A stretch of DNA of 64,000 nucleotides from Utricularia gibba. Lineage: Eukaryota > Plantae > Magnoliophyta. The DNA lies in assembly GCA_002189035.1 (NCBI GenBank), contig NEEC01000018.1:1-64000 (forward strand), given 5' to 3'. The translations under genes were made by a program, and so were the position numbers. Shown here in pieces: positions 51,390 through 64,000 of this stretch. Position 1 is the first letter of the stretch, and each line of letters begins with the position of its first letter. The notes beneath the pieces were generated by a model. The model had not been told where the DNA came from. It was given only the letters and a program-made list of their open reading frames with translations, and did not search any database.

Positions 51390-52399
51390 TTATGAGATAT
51401 TCTTCCCCATTTTGTGGCAATGAATTTGATAATCATATTTGAGATAAACTAATCTTGCATCATCATTTTTTGCCAATAACCAAAGATTGCGCTTGGTTTC
51501 CGATGCAAACATCGCAATGGCATGTACATATATCTCATCACTAAATGTTATGCCACTGTAGTTGTCCAAAAAGTCTAAATAGGTTTTTATTTCAGCCTTC
51601 TCATGATCTCCAAAACGTTGCTCCCGTGAAGGTCCGACAGCTTCTGCCACCTTTTCCAATGTCTGAGCAATTATGTTGCTGTCATTTGTCCTAGCACGCT
51701 TTCTTGTGCTTGCTAGTGCTTTTCGCACTGGTGTTCGTATGCTAGATTAACTACCCTGTTGAGTGGAAGTACAACTATATGGAGAGTTCTAAACTTGTGT
51801 AGCGACTTCATAGCCTTCAATATTATCTTGAATGTCATTTGCATCTTCAAAAGAAGGCGATGAGTGTTGTCCACTTGTCGAATAATGCACTGATTCTCCG
51901 ATGACAAAGATATCGCTAAAAATTACCTCTTGCTCTTCTAGCAAAATTGGTGTTGCATTCTTATAATAATGTGCAGTTTTGTTATCCTACAAGTGTATAA
52001 TATCACTTATGATGAAACATTACAGAAACATAAAAAAACAAGCATTTGTATTATAAAAAATAGAATTTTGAAACAAATATAATATACCTATAAGTAGTCA
52101 CTCCACCAGGAATTAGACATATCTACAACACCATTAGGCTTAAATCCAATTCAGGTTTGCTTTGTCAATTTAACCCATACATCTTAAGCTTTTTTCATCT
52201 AATTGTTTTTCAATTGAGCTCGAGAATGATTCTTACCTATCAAAGAATTAAAATTTTTAACCACATTCTCCCATCACAATCTGTTGAAGTGGCTGTTTGG
52301 TCTATTTCCAGCATAAACCTCTGTCGTACAAACTCAAATAAAGGTCTCTACTAGGTTAGAATCAACCCATCTTGCTTGTGAGCCATCACCTACTTCCAT
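51390..52399 (-). pseudogene. PIF/Harbinger Myb/SANT-like DNA-binding ORF, disrupted
   Basis: MEVGDGSQARW..LVETFI*VC..GNRP..HFN..WENVVKNFN..GK..S..QLKN, then W.KL.KQT.IGF...WW after a frameshift. Confidence 0.8.
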
Positions 52400-53286
52400 A
52401 TGTCTACAGAAAATGATAAAATAATGAAGGATAAAAAATGCAACAAAAACTAAAGAAGATGTAGGCAAATAAAGCAAATGAAACAATGAAAACCGAAGAA
52501 GATCTAGTTCATTCGAATGAGATCTGAAGATAGAGACCAAATTTGGAGAAATCGCACCTACTTTTCACACTGCGTTCGAGTGGAAATAGAGAAGTCAAGA
52601 TATTCCTTGTTGTAATTTTGAAGCAATAACTTTAACCCTAGATAGAGTGGAGGGGTAATTTATTGAAATTTTAAAATGAAGTAAGAATAAAATAGATATA
52701 TATATTTGAGAAATGCTTCAATTTTTATTGAAATAGGAATACCTCAGCTTCTCAAAAAAAGTGGAGCACTTCACTGCTCCAACTCCACACGGAGCAGAAG
52801 TAGTGAGTGTTTTGTGTGGGAATCACTTCTAAAAATAATTTTTTTTTGAAGTTGAATCTACACCAAAAAGGACTTTAATCTTCATATGATATTAATATTA
52901 TAATCGAATAATCAAACATTTATTTTGTTTGAATTTTTTATTAAAATAATCGAATATAAATTTTGTTTGTGTTAATTTGTTTAGTTATTCAAATGAAAAG
53001 AAATTATCATAATCAAATCAAAAACAATTTGAATTATTCCTTCATTATAACATTACTACATTTAACACGCACACCTCAAAACTGATTTTGGTGGTATGGG
53101 ATCCTCGGTTGGGTTTATGTATTTAACAAGACACAGATGGGCCTTTTCATTAACATTTCGTCACACAGCCCAAAGCAGGTGAAATGAAACCCACCAAGAC
53201 AACAACTCTGATGAGAGGATGCTGCGATGCAGGAGCTCAGTGTGACTAGAGACTAAACCCTTCTGCGGCCAGCATCTTTGAGTTTA

Positions 53287-56157
53287 ATGGCGATGTTTTT
53301 TAGACTGATTTCAATTGCCGCTGGCCGCGGAGCCCAGCCTCGGAATCGAGTCGGAGCTCTTACCGCCATTTCCTGTGGAGTTTCCTCCTATTACCTTTTC
53401 TCTAATTCTAATTTGGTAATTTATAGTCCCCGTTTGAAACATCGCGATGCTGGTCTTTTGTCTCGTTTTCTCCTTTTGGCATGATTTGACTGAACCCCAA
53501 TGATTTCGTTGTGTTTGGTTTGATCACTGACGTTAGTTGGAGGATTAGAAAAGACTAGGCTCCAGAGGGCGGATCCATTACTGTTTCAACTCTGTTAATT
53601 GATATTTTATTATTTCCTGGGCGCTCCATTTTATATTGCTGTGCGAGGTACACAGGGTTGAATGATTTGCTAACGATATCTTTTGGCGACCTTCAACAGG
53701 CTTTTTCAGATGAGGCCAAGGAGGAGGATAGCACCCAACCACGAGTTGGTATTATGTCTGATCTCCCTGTACCTTTGATTTGATTGCATATGATTTCATG
53801 CGGATGAGCTAGCTGTAGTGCTTTTTGGTTCTAATATTGACACCTCGTTGGCCTGGGATCGTTTCTAAGACCTTTTTTTGTTTCTTTCTCATAACTTACA
53901 TGTTTTACATAGACGCGTAAAACACTCAGGGTCTTGCTGTCTAAATTAATTTTGTATATATTTGCAGAGTTTTGAGGATACAGATTGATGCTTGTGCTAA
54001 ATTATCACAGATCATTGCGAAGTGGAAAAAAGGCGTGTTTAATATGCTAGATAAGGGAAAAAATGTGCTGAAAACCGGAGACCAAGTATTTAAGCTTAGA
54101 GTTTTTATTTCTTGCTAGCTGTGTAGCTTCTTTTGGTTTGAGATGGGAAATGCATCTTTTACGCCGCACTTAGGCACTTAGGGACTCCGCACAACCATGA
54201 CCTTTGATTAATGGACCTATGCAAGTTATACAGGAAATAAGAACTTCTTACTGTGAAACTTAAATTTGTATGTAATTATCAGCAATACAGTATTCGCAAG
54301 CTTTCTTGATGTTTTTCTTTCAGCTCTAAACCCTGACGAGTGGATTGAATTCAAACTGCAAGAAAAGGCCCAAGCGAGTCATAATTCTCAGTTATTTAGG
54401 TATTGTGATTGAACAATTTGGTTTTTCGTTATAATTCAAAATATCTGGTTTAGGTAAAAGTTGTCTTGATATACTTCTCTGTCCTGAAATGGTAGGTTTT
54501 CATTCGATCCAAGCGTTAAGTTGGGTCTTGATGTTGCATCATGCCTTCTTACAAGGTATGGTGTCCTTAGTTCATATAAAATGTAAATTAAGTTAGACTT
54601 AATATATAAGATTTTCTTATTTTTTTATTATTTTTATCTCTTTAGGGCTCCAGTTGGACAAGATGCCGAAGGGAAAACAAAATATGTAATTCGCCCGTAT
54701 GTATTTTTCTTGAAGCACTGTTCTCTTTAGGCCAGGCTTTCAGTATGGTTCGCTGAGTTTTTTTTTTTTTTTTTTTTCTCTCTGAAGCTATACTCCATTG
54801 TCAGATCCAGAGGCAAAGGGTTACTTTGATTTGCTAATTAAGGTACATACTAAAGCGTAGTTTGGTTTTCTAGTGCTTTTAATCTGTTTTTTTTTTTTTT
54901 TTTATGATCATGCATGGAGATTAATCCTCTGCATATTTCTGGTTATCATTTGTATTGCGCAGGTGTATCCAGAAGGCAAAATGAGTCAACATTTTACTAG
55001 CTTGACTCCTGGAGATGTTGTTGAAGTCAAAGGGTCAGTATCATAATGTAGTAAAAATCAAGTGTTTCTACTGTTCACTGGTTTATGAGGAGTATGTGTC
55101 TCTCAGGCCAATTCAAAAACTCAGATACAGTCCAAATTTGAAGAAACATATTGGCATGGTAAATCGACCAGAATGGCATTATGTGAAATCCAGATAATGA
55201 ACAGAAAAATGAAACGTCCAGTGAAATCCAAATAATGCCAATTGATCTACTTTGCTAAATTTAGATTGCTGGAGGAACTGGGATTACACCCATGCTGCAG
55301 ATAATAGATTTCATCCTTAAGAACCCTGATGATAATACTCAGGTACACCCGTGAATTGTTTTTTTCTGTTCTTAACTTGAGTATTCAGGGCCATCAGCAT
55401 TGACACCTTTTAACCTTGTAGGTATCACTTCTGTATGCAAATGTGTCTCCTGATGACATACTTCTCAAGAAGAAGCTTGATGCTCTTTCTGCCAGCAACC
55501 CAAACTTTAAGGTTTTGGAGAGCTCAGAGGAACTACTCAAATGATGTTCTTCTTATGATAGAAATTCGTCTCACTTTTGTTTTTGTCAAATAAATGCACA
55601 GGTATTCTATACGGTTGACAATCCATTAAATGGTTGGATAGGAGGTACAGGCTACGTATCAAAAGACATGGTGCTCAAAGGCTTGCCACACCCTGGTGAA
55701 GATACGTTGATTCTTGTAAGTTTCTGTTCTGTACTAAAAAGTTCTTTTTTCCTGATTCCTTATATTATCAAACTTCATACATTATGTCGAAAAAGCTCAA
55801 AAGCAACTGATACGCTGATTAGATGATTGTTTTTTCTCAAGGGCAACTACTCCGTCTTAGAAATTCATATACTCTTGTCATGAGATTCCGTACAATTTCC
55901 AGGTCTGTGGCCCCCCTGGGATGATGAAACACGTATCTGGTGAAAAGGCTAAAGATTGGACACAAGGAGAAGTACGTGTTTCCTGATTCCAAATGATCAA
56001 AAGCTGTATATGAGATAGGCTCTTTTTGCATATAGTCAGTTAAATGGTTGCAGCCCTTACACTCTTTCATATGTTCTCCTGTCCGTCATCATTCTTCCAG
56101 GTGTCTGGAATACTGAAAGAAGTTGGGTATACGGAAGAAATGGTTTACAAGTTCTAA
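53287..56157 (+). CDS. CBR2: NADH-cytochrome b5 reductase, mitochondrial CBR2 type, 316 aa. Exons 53287-53415, 53700-53748, 54324-54399, 54496-54555, 54646-54696, 54788-54842, 54963-55033, 55107-55158, 55265-55342, 55422-55511, 55602-55715, 55903-55971, 56101-56157
   Basis: All introns GT-AG. The spliced ORF is 951 nt and uninterrupted. FAD motifs RPYTP and GKMS; NADH motifs GGTGITPM and CGPPGM. Closely parallels Arabidopsis At5g20080 as recalled (ALNPD.W.EFKLQ, GYTEEMV.KF). Exon 2 boundaries are the least certain. Confidence 0.93.
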
Positions 56158-57419
56158 CTGCAGCGTGGCCCTGGAAAACTGAACCCGGAACATGCGTAAA
56201 AATTCGCATGGTATTCATTGACCTCAGAGTTAAGCTATGAAACCCTGATGATGATATCTCGTCTTTTTCAATAAGCCCAATGCTAGTTCCCTTGATGCTT
56301 TGGATGAGTTGTCGATTTAATTTACACAAGAACATGCTGATGTGTTTTCTGCAAGTTTTGAGAATCTCACTTGCAGTGGTCCTCATTATTATCTTCAAGG
56401 GCATCAAATTTAAAAGAGTCGAGATTCAATAGCTTGGTGTGTGCGTGTGTTTTTCTCAGAGGTAGAAAACAGCATGCTCATGATACATTTCAAAATCTGT
56501 GCCCATTGGTGTAGAGCGATGGGAGTTCCGCGCTGTGTTAAGTTTCTCCCATAAAATGCTCATTGTAGCCGTAGCCGTGTTTTCATATTGGAGTTTCAAA
56601 TTGGATCGGTTTGGCTCCAGTTAGGTTCAAAACTTGGGTTCTATCAATCAAGGAGCCTTAGCGGGAATAGTCTCTGAATTTTGATTTAACTGTAAAATTA
56701 GGTCTTATAGTTACATTGTTCATCCCAATTGTTTAAAAATCACATGCAGTTGGTCTTCACTATTTGCATAAATGGTTTTGATTCTTTGCAAATCGACCCA
56801 GAAAGTACTCAATTCTTTAGTGTTTTGGAAAAATTAGTGCCCAATGAATTTTATATATTTATGATTCATTTCACGTGTTTACCATTTTATGCATAAAATT
56901 GCAATGTAAACCAAATATTTGCAATATTCAACAGAGACACTTATTAAGACTCAATGGAGATATTCAGAAAAATTTTGAAAGGAACATTCAAAAAGATTGT
57001 GGAAAAAACACTTATTCATATTCTAAGGTGATATTGTGTTCATTATCTTAAAAAAACGCTACATTTGAATTTGAAAGACACATGGGGTTGTAAGAATATT
57101 GGAAAGTGTACCCTCACACTCGAAAAACATGTAGCCTCACACTTGGAAAATCCTACCTATCACATACTATATAGCCATGGTGTGAAATGCGCACTTGGGA
57201 TACTTTTAACATTTCACACTCATCCAAAATGAATGACAATAAAAATATTAGTTGTAAGTACAAAATTATATAAACATCATTCATATTTTATATACTTGAC
57301 TAAAATTGATTTTCTAAAATGTTATAATGTAGATGATAGTGATTCTTACGTTTTGGACGATTCTCTAATAATGATATTTGGATTGGGAGATAACGAATAC
57401 TCAAGTAATGATGAAGAAC

Positions 57420-60400
57420 TGATGAGTCCTAGGAAGATAATGAAGTGTATTTAAAGAATGATGAGGAGTTTGTCCAAGTGAACACATTAGAGACAAAGAT
57501 GATTTCACCAGGACCAATGACTAGAAGCAAGAGCAAAATGCTTGAAGATACACTTAAGGCTCTACTCAATACAATTGGAATCAAACATGGGCTTGAAGAC
57601 ATCCCATCAAAAGAGTTCAACTACTTGAAAGTGGATTTACCTTAGAGCAATGGGCTTGTTAGACTTTTCTATTTCATTTAGTTTGGGCCAATTAATGTTA
57701 GAGCCCAATCCTAGACTATAAATACTCTAGAGATGTACTCTTTCAGGATCTTTAGTCATTTCATGTATGTTGTGAGGATCTCCTCTTCTTTGGATGCTTG
57801 AACACTCTTAACTTATCAAGCTTTGAGTTTGTGGCGTTCTAGGATTATCACTTCCAATCCCTCTCTCTTTTCTGAAGTGTGGCTCCTAATTTTCTTTGTT
57901 TCGAAGTCTGGTTGCAAGAGATTCATTCTCTTGAGGGTAGACTTGGGTGGGTTCTCTTCTAAGTTTCAAAATCACCTCTTGTTCGTGGGTTAATAATCTC
58001 TATATATTAGAGGGTCACATCATTTGGTATCAGAGCTTTGGGTTCCTTTTCTTTATTAGTATCCTATTCTTGTGTTAGTTCTTACATTTCAGCTTATTGA
58101 AAAAAAAAGAGAAAAAAAAAAAGGTGCACTGGAAGTTTATTCTGGAAGAGCTTGAAATCCACTTTGAATTGATTAGGAAGAACATCATCAAGATCAACTT
58201 CAAGTGTGTGAAAGAGAAGGAGGATGAAGATGAAGACCTATCGCTTGCCATTGAATTATTGTTCACTCCTATACTTCACCCATTGCAACAAGTAATATAT
58301 TTCCTATTCTCTTTTATTTGAATAACCCATTCCTTGTCATTTTACTTGTCCCTACATTTCATTGGACTTTTCTCTTTCTTTATTGCCCATCCCTCTTTTT
58401 CTACAATCCCACAAGTAACGCACCTTGGGTTTAGTGCCCTTCCACCTGATTTTCCTATTCTCATTTGTTCATTGTCCATTCTTCTGGTTTATGCACTGCA
58501 ACAAGCAACAAACTTACATCCATCACACTTCTCCTCTGTGTCGTGAGTCAGTTAACACTGCCACCCTCACCAAACCCCATCATGACACCTTAACCCATAC
58601 CAATTTGGAAGTGATTAATTCGTTAGATGCCATGAGAACAAGCATGATGACATTAAAGAGTGCATCAAGGACTTGAAGCTTGAGGATTGAGTGGTAAACC
58701 TTGTGTGTGTTTCGCAGTTCTTTTAGTTTAGTCTCTTTTCTTCTTTGCTGCTCATTTTCTTTTGCCTTGTATTTAGGATGTCAAATTCCAGAAGTGAGCA
58801 TGAAAAGGATGACTCACCGGATGAGAGGTTCACTTTGAAAGCTATGCAACAGGAATTCACAAGATTGCATCGCATTCTGGAAAACATAAATGTCAGGCTT
58901 GATGAACACGAAAATTCGCAAAATGTTGCAAGAGCTCGAAGACAAGATAATTATGCTGCTGGAAGGGGTCGAGGCATTCAAATGCATCAACGCATCAACA
59001 CTGAACATGACTTAAGTGATCAACGAAGTGCGAGGACTGTTGGAAGAAGAGATCGAATCCTAAATACTGATGAAGAAGATGATTACCTTGAACATGGTGA
59101 AAATGATTCTGTACATGGTGATACAAGAAGATTTTGAGATCAGGGAGGCAGAAGAGATGGAGGAAGAATTGGAAAGGATCTTAACAACATCAAGATGAAG
59201 ATACCTCAATTTCAAGGAAAGAATGATCCAGATGCATATCTCCAATGGGAAACAAGAGTAGAACATGTCTTTGATTGCAACAACTTCTATGAAGAAAAGA
59301 AAATCAGATTGGCCTCCATGGAATTTAGTGACTATGCTGTAATTTGGTGGGATCAATTGGTTGCTAAAAGAAAGATTGACTCTGAAGAACCAATTCATAA
59401 TTGGGCTGAGATGAAAAGAGTCATGAGGAGGCGATTTGTTCCAAACCACTACCAAAGAGATGTTTATCAACGTTTACAGAATCTCAAACAGGGCTCAAGG
59501 TCAGTGGAGGAATATTGGCAGGAAATGGAGATCTTGATGATTAGAGCCAATGTGCATGAAGATAGGGAGGCAACTATGACTAGGTTCCTTCATGGGATGA
59601 ATAAGGAGATTTCAAATATTGCAGAGCTTCATCACTACATTGAGATGGAGGACATGATTCATATGGCCACAAAAGTTGAGAAACAACTCTCTAATAAGAG
59701 CTTTGCTCGAGATTTCAACAAGAGACCTCCTGGTTCGAGATTTGGAGGCACCAAAGAGTTACTGGAGAGAAATAAAGGGAAGTTATCCACAGAAAACTTG
59801 AAATTCGACATCCCATCAAGTTCCAAGCATGGGGAGCGACTGCCACCTCCAAAGGGTACTACAAGGAACATAAAATGTTTCAAATGCTTGGGGCATGGAC
59901 ATATTGTTTCTGAATGTCCAAATAAATGAGCAATGGTGATAAGAGGCAATGGAGAAGTGGTTAGTGAAGATGAGGATGATCTGGTGGAGACAGAAGCTGA
60001 ATTGAGCGATGAGGATGAATTGCCTGTTTCTAGAGAAGTCTTAGTCACTCGAAAACACTTAACATTGGAGTGAAGGATAATGATGAGCAAAGGGAAAACT
60101 TGTTTCAAACACGGTGCTTTGTTAATGGGAAAGTTTGCAGCCTTATTATTGATGGAGGTAGTTGTACTAATGTTGCCAATAACATCTTGGTGGAGAAATT
60201 GGGAATACCAACCGTGAGGCACCCTAAGCCTTACAATTTGCAGTGGTTCAATGAAGGAAGTGAAGTAAAGGTTACCAAACAAGTACTTGTGACGTTTTCC
60301 ATAGGGAGATATGAAGATGAAGTCCTATGTGATGTTGTCCCTATGCATGCAAGCCATATTCTTATTGGGAGGCCTTGGGAATATGATAGAAAACCATTTC

Positions 60401-63400
60401 ATGATGGTTTCAAGAACAAGTATTCCTTCCATCATAATGGACGTTCCAACACACTTGTTCCATTGTCTCTAAAGGAGGCACATGAAGATCAAGTCAGAAT
60501 CCTGAGTGATGCTAGAGCCCTGCATAGTGCTAATGGAAAGTAAAGGAGGTCGTTCCTAAGGGAGAAAAGATGATTGGAGTGAAAATGAGTGAAAAAAAGA
60601 TTCGAAAAAGTGGAGAGAAAAGAAGAGATGGGAAAGACTTGAGTGAAAAAAGGGATGACAATGAGTGCATAACAGAAAGTGTAAACATGAGTGTTTTAGA
60701 AATTGAGAGAAAGAATGAGAGTCTATTAACAAGGCCAAGTGAGATTAGACACTCACTTCATGCTAGGCAACCATTTCTTCTACTTATGTACAAGGATGAA
60801 GTTCCTACTTTCCCTAACAATACTTCACCCATTCCATCTTGTATTGTATCTATCTTACAGGTATATGTAGATATATTTCCAGAAGAACTTCATGGCCTAC
60901 CTCCCCTAGAGGGATTGAGCATCAAATTGACCTTGTGCCTGGAGCACAACTCCCAAACCGACCAGCATACCGAACCAATCTAGAGGAGACGAAGGAAATA
61001 CAAAAGCAAGTTGAGGAACTGATGTCTAAAGGATTTTTGCGTGAGAGCATGAGCCCATGCTCTGTGCCGGTGTTATTGGTTCCAAAGTCTAATGGAACTT
61101 GGCGGATGTGCACAGATTGTCGTGCCATCAACAACATCACAATCAAGTATAGACATCCTATCCCTAGACTTGAAGATATGCTTGATGAATTGCATGGTGC
61201 TAGTGTTTTTAGTAAGATTGATTTGAGAAGTGGATATCATCAGATTAGAATGAAGGAAGGTGATGAGTGGAAAACGGCTTTTAAAACTAAGTTTGGTTTG
61301 TATGAGTGGGTTGTTATGCCTTTTGGATTAACTAATGCTCCTAGCACCTTTATGAGATTGATGAATCACATTCTTAGGCCTTTTATAGGTAGGTTTGTAG
61401 TTGTTTATTTTGATGATATTCTGATATATAGTAAGAGTATTGAGGAACATGTAGGGCATTTAAAAGATGTGTTAGATACCCTTAGAAAAGAGAAGTTGTT
61501 TGCCAACATCAAGAAGTGTGTCTTCTGCACAAACAGTGTCTCTTTTCTTGGATATGTTGTAAGTGATGCAGGAGTAGCTGTGGATGAAGAGAAAGTGAAA
61601 GCAATCAAAGAATGGCCAACACCTACATCAGTTGGTGAAGTTAGGAGTTTCCATGGTTTAGCAAGTTTCTATAGACGGTTTGTTAAGGACTTCAGCTCTA
61701 TAGCAGCACCCCTCACTCAATTGATCAAGAAAAATCATGCATTTCATTGGGGAGACGAGCAGGAACTTGCTTTCAAACAACTCAAGGATAAGCTTTGCTC
61801 AACACCTCTCCTAGCACTTCCAAATTGTTCTGATACTTTTGAAATTGAATGTGATGCATCAGATTTAGGCATTGGTACTGTATTGATGCAAAATGGACGT
61901 CCACTTGCTTATTTTAGTGAGAAGCTTCATGGTGCCACCTTCAACTATCCAACATATGACAAAGAATTATATGCATTGGTTAGAGCTTTGGAGACATGGC
62001 AGCACTACTTGTGGCCTAAGGAGTTCGTGATACACACTGATCATGAGTCTCTCAAACATTTGAAGGCTCAAGGAAAGTTAAATAGAAGACATGCTAAGTG
62101 GATGGAATTCATTGACACATTTCCATATGTGATCAAATACAAGAAAGATACGAAGAATGTGGTTGTTGATGCTTTATCTCAAAGGTACACTCTTTTAGTC
62201 AATCTTGATGCAAGAATTCTTGGATTTGCTTTCATCATTGACTTATATGCTCATGATCACGATTTTGGGGACATTTATAAGGCATGTGAACTTGCTCCAT
62301 CTGGACTATTCTTTAAGAAAGATGGTTTTCTTTATAGGAAAGATAGGTTGTGCATTCCTTTTTGCTCCATACGTGATTTGATTGTTAGAGAAGCTCATGG
62401 TGGGGGACTAATGGGACATTTTGGTGTTAAAAAGACTCTTGATACTCTCACCCAACATTTCTTTTGGCCACACATGAGAAGGGATGTTGAAAGAATTTGT
62501 GATAGATGTATTTCTTGTAGGAAGGTTAAATCAACCACTGCCCCTAATGGTTTGTATACTCCACTCCCTACTCCTTCCCAACCATGAGAGGATATTTCTA
62601 TGGACTTTGTTTTAGGCTTACCTCGTACCTAAAGGGGTAGAGATTCAATTTTTGTTGTTGTGCACAGGTTTTCAAAGATGGCACACTTTATTCCTTGCCA
62701 TAAAACTGATGATGCATCTCATGTGGCTGATCTCTTCTTTAGAGAAGTTGTTAGACTTCATGGTATGCCTCTCACTATTGTCTCTGATCGAGATGCCAGA
62801 TTTCTCAGTCACTTTTGGAGAGTTCTTTGGAGTAAACTTGGCACTAAGCTGTTGTACTCAACAACATGTCACCCTCAAACCGATGGGCAAACTGAGGAAA
62901 CTAATTGCACACTTTCTACCTTACTTAGGATTATGATTAAATCAAATCTTAAGACTTGGGAGGAATGTTTGCCACTTGTTGAGTTTGCTTAAAATAGAAC
63001 CATGCATCTCACTACTAAATTATCTCCATTTGAAGTGGTTTATAGCTTTAATCCTCTTACACCTTTGGATATGTTACCTTTGCCTTGTGATGAGAAAGTT
63101 AGTTTAGATGGCAAGAAGAGAGCTGAAGAAATCAGAAGATTGCATGAAAAGGTGAAACAAGAGATTGAATGCAACAATGCAAAATATGCATCAGCAGAAA
63201 ATAAGGGGAGACGCAAAGTTGTATTCAAACCTGGCGATTGGGTTTGGCTTCATCTCAGGAAGGAGAGATTCCCTACCAAAAGGAAGTCCAAACTTCTACC
63301 TCGTGGAGATGGTCCTTTCCAAGTTGTTGAGCGCGTGAATGACAATGCATACAAGATAGATTTACCAGGTGAATATTCTGTTCATTCAACTTTCAATGTT

Positions 63401-63570
63401 GCTGATTTGTCTCCTTTCGAAATGGATACAGATTCAGGGACGAATCTTCCTAAAAAAGGGGGATGATGAGCCCCAGGAAGATAATGAAGTGTATTTAAAG
63501 AATGATGAGGAGTTTGTCCAAGTGAACACATTAGAGACAAAGATGATTCCACCAGGACCAATGACTAGAA
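57420..63570 (+). mobile_element. CRM-clade Ty3/gypsy element (family D): 5' LTR 57420-58022, PBS 58025-58036, gag-pol ~58780-63460 with stops and frameshifts, PPT 63452-63463, truncated 3' LTR 63464-~63570
   Basis: TG...CA LTR and TGGTATCAGAGC PBS. gag [32 protein letters not shown], protease [24 protein letters not shown] zinc finger H..GLMGHFG..C..C. A GPMTRS motif lies inside the LTR. Confidence 0.93.
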
Positions 63571-64000
63571 GGATGAGAACATGTTGGATGTTATCGCGGA
63601 CATGTTCCAGGCCCGAATTTGGGTTTGAAGTGGATCGTGAGTGTCTATCAGCGCTTGTTCGAGTAAGGATTGGGCGAAAGAACGAAGCTAAGCCGAGGGC
63701 GAGAATGGAAAGGCATGTCGGCTCCTCTGCCGGTCCTCCAGTTAATTCCCCATCTCCTTCTACACTTTAGTTTTTTTTTTACACTGATGTTTTTCCCCTT
63801 TTTTGGGGTTTTTTGGATATTTTGGAATCCTGGTTTGGGATTCCCTTCCCTGGTTTACTTAGTTTTTGCATGTTGCTTCTGCCTTTACTGATCTTCCTGT
63901 TTGGCGTGTTGCGTGATTCGCCAGCCGCTTGGTTGGTTTTTTTGCTTCAGTATCTTCTTACCCTCGCACGATTGTCTCTAAGGATGGGACTCAGAACCTC

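Larger units (their letters stand above)
48658..52874. mobile_element. PIF/Harbinger DNA transposon (4.2 kb), defective
   Basis: TTA TSD (48655-48657, 52875-52877). Degenerate TIRs GAGCATGTTTGG / AGTCCTTTTTGG with shared subterminal aagtgattc. Convergent transposase and Myb-like ORFs. Confidence 0.85.

Noticed and set aside
44993-56157. P450 plus cytochrome b5 reductase as a functional electron-transfer cluster
   Set aside because: The reductase is the mitochondrial CBR2 type by N-terminus and sequence, whereas CYP78A is ER-anchored. Adjacency alone is no evidence.

Overview
AT-rich plant (angiosperm) nuclear DNA, mostly nested and degenerate LTR retrotransposons, with a small gene island. 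Bases ~1-44000 hold CRM-clade Ty3/gypsy pieces, Angela-like and other Ty1/copia pieces, Athila-like LTRs, at least seven solo LTRs with 5-bp target-site duplications (TSDs) and a Tourist-like MITE. In 1-18 kb these are inserted into an unclassified head-to-tail tandem repeat of ~1.5-kb unit, here called repeat A. The gene island has two divergent genes. A two-exon CYP78A (KLUH-like) P450 lies on the minus strand and carries a 1-nt frameshift just after its membrane anchor. An intact 13-exon mitochondrial-type NADH-cytochrome b5 reductase (CBR2-like, 316 aa) lies on the plus strand. A defective 4.2-kb PIF/Harbinger element (DDE transposase plus Myb/SANT ORF, TTA TSD) sits between them. A nearly full-length but defective CRM element follows at 57420-63570. 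The best candidates for something new are repeat A (possibly a relic centromeric long-monomer repeat, possibly derived from an unidentified coding sequence), the CYP78A frameshift, and a pair of inverted LTRs with an apparently identical ~1.08-kb arm. All alignments were done by eye and no database searches were run.
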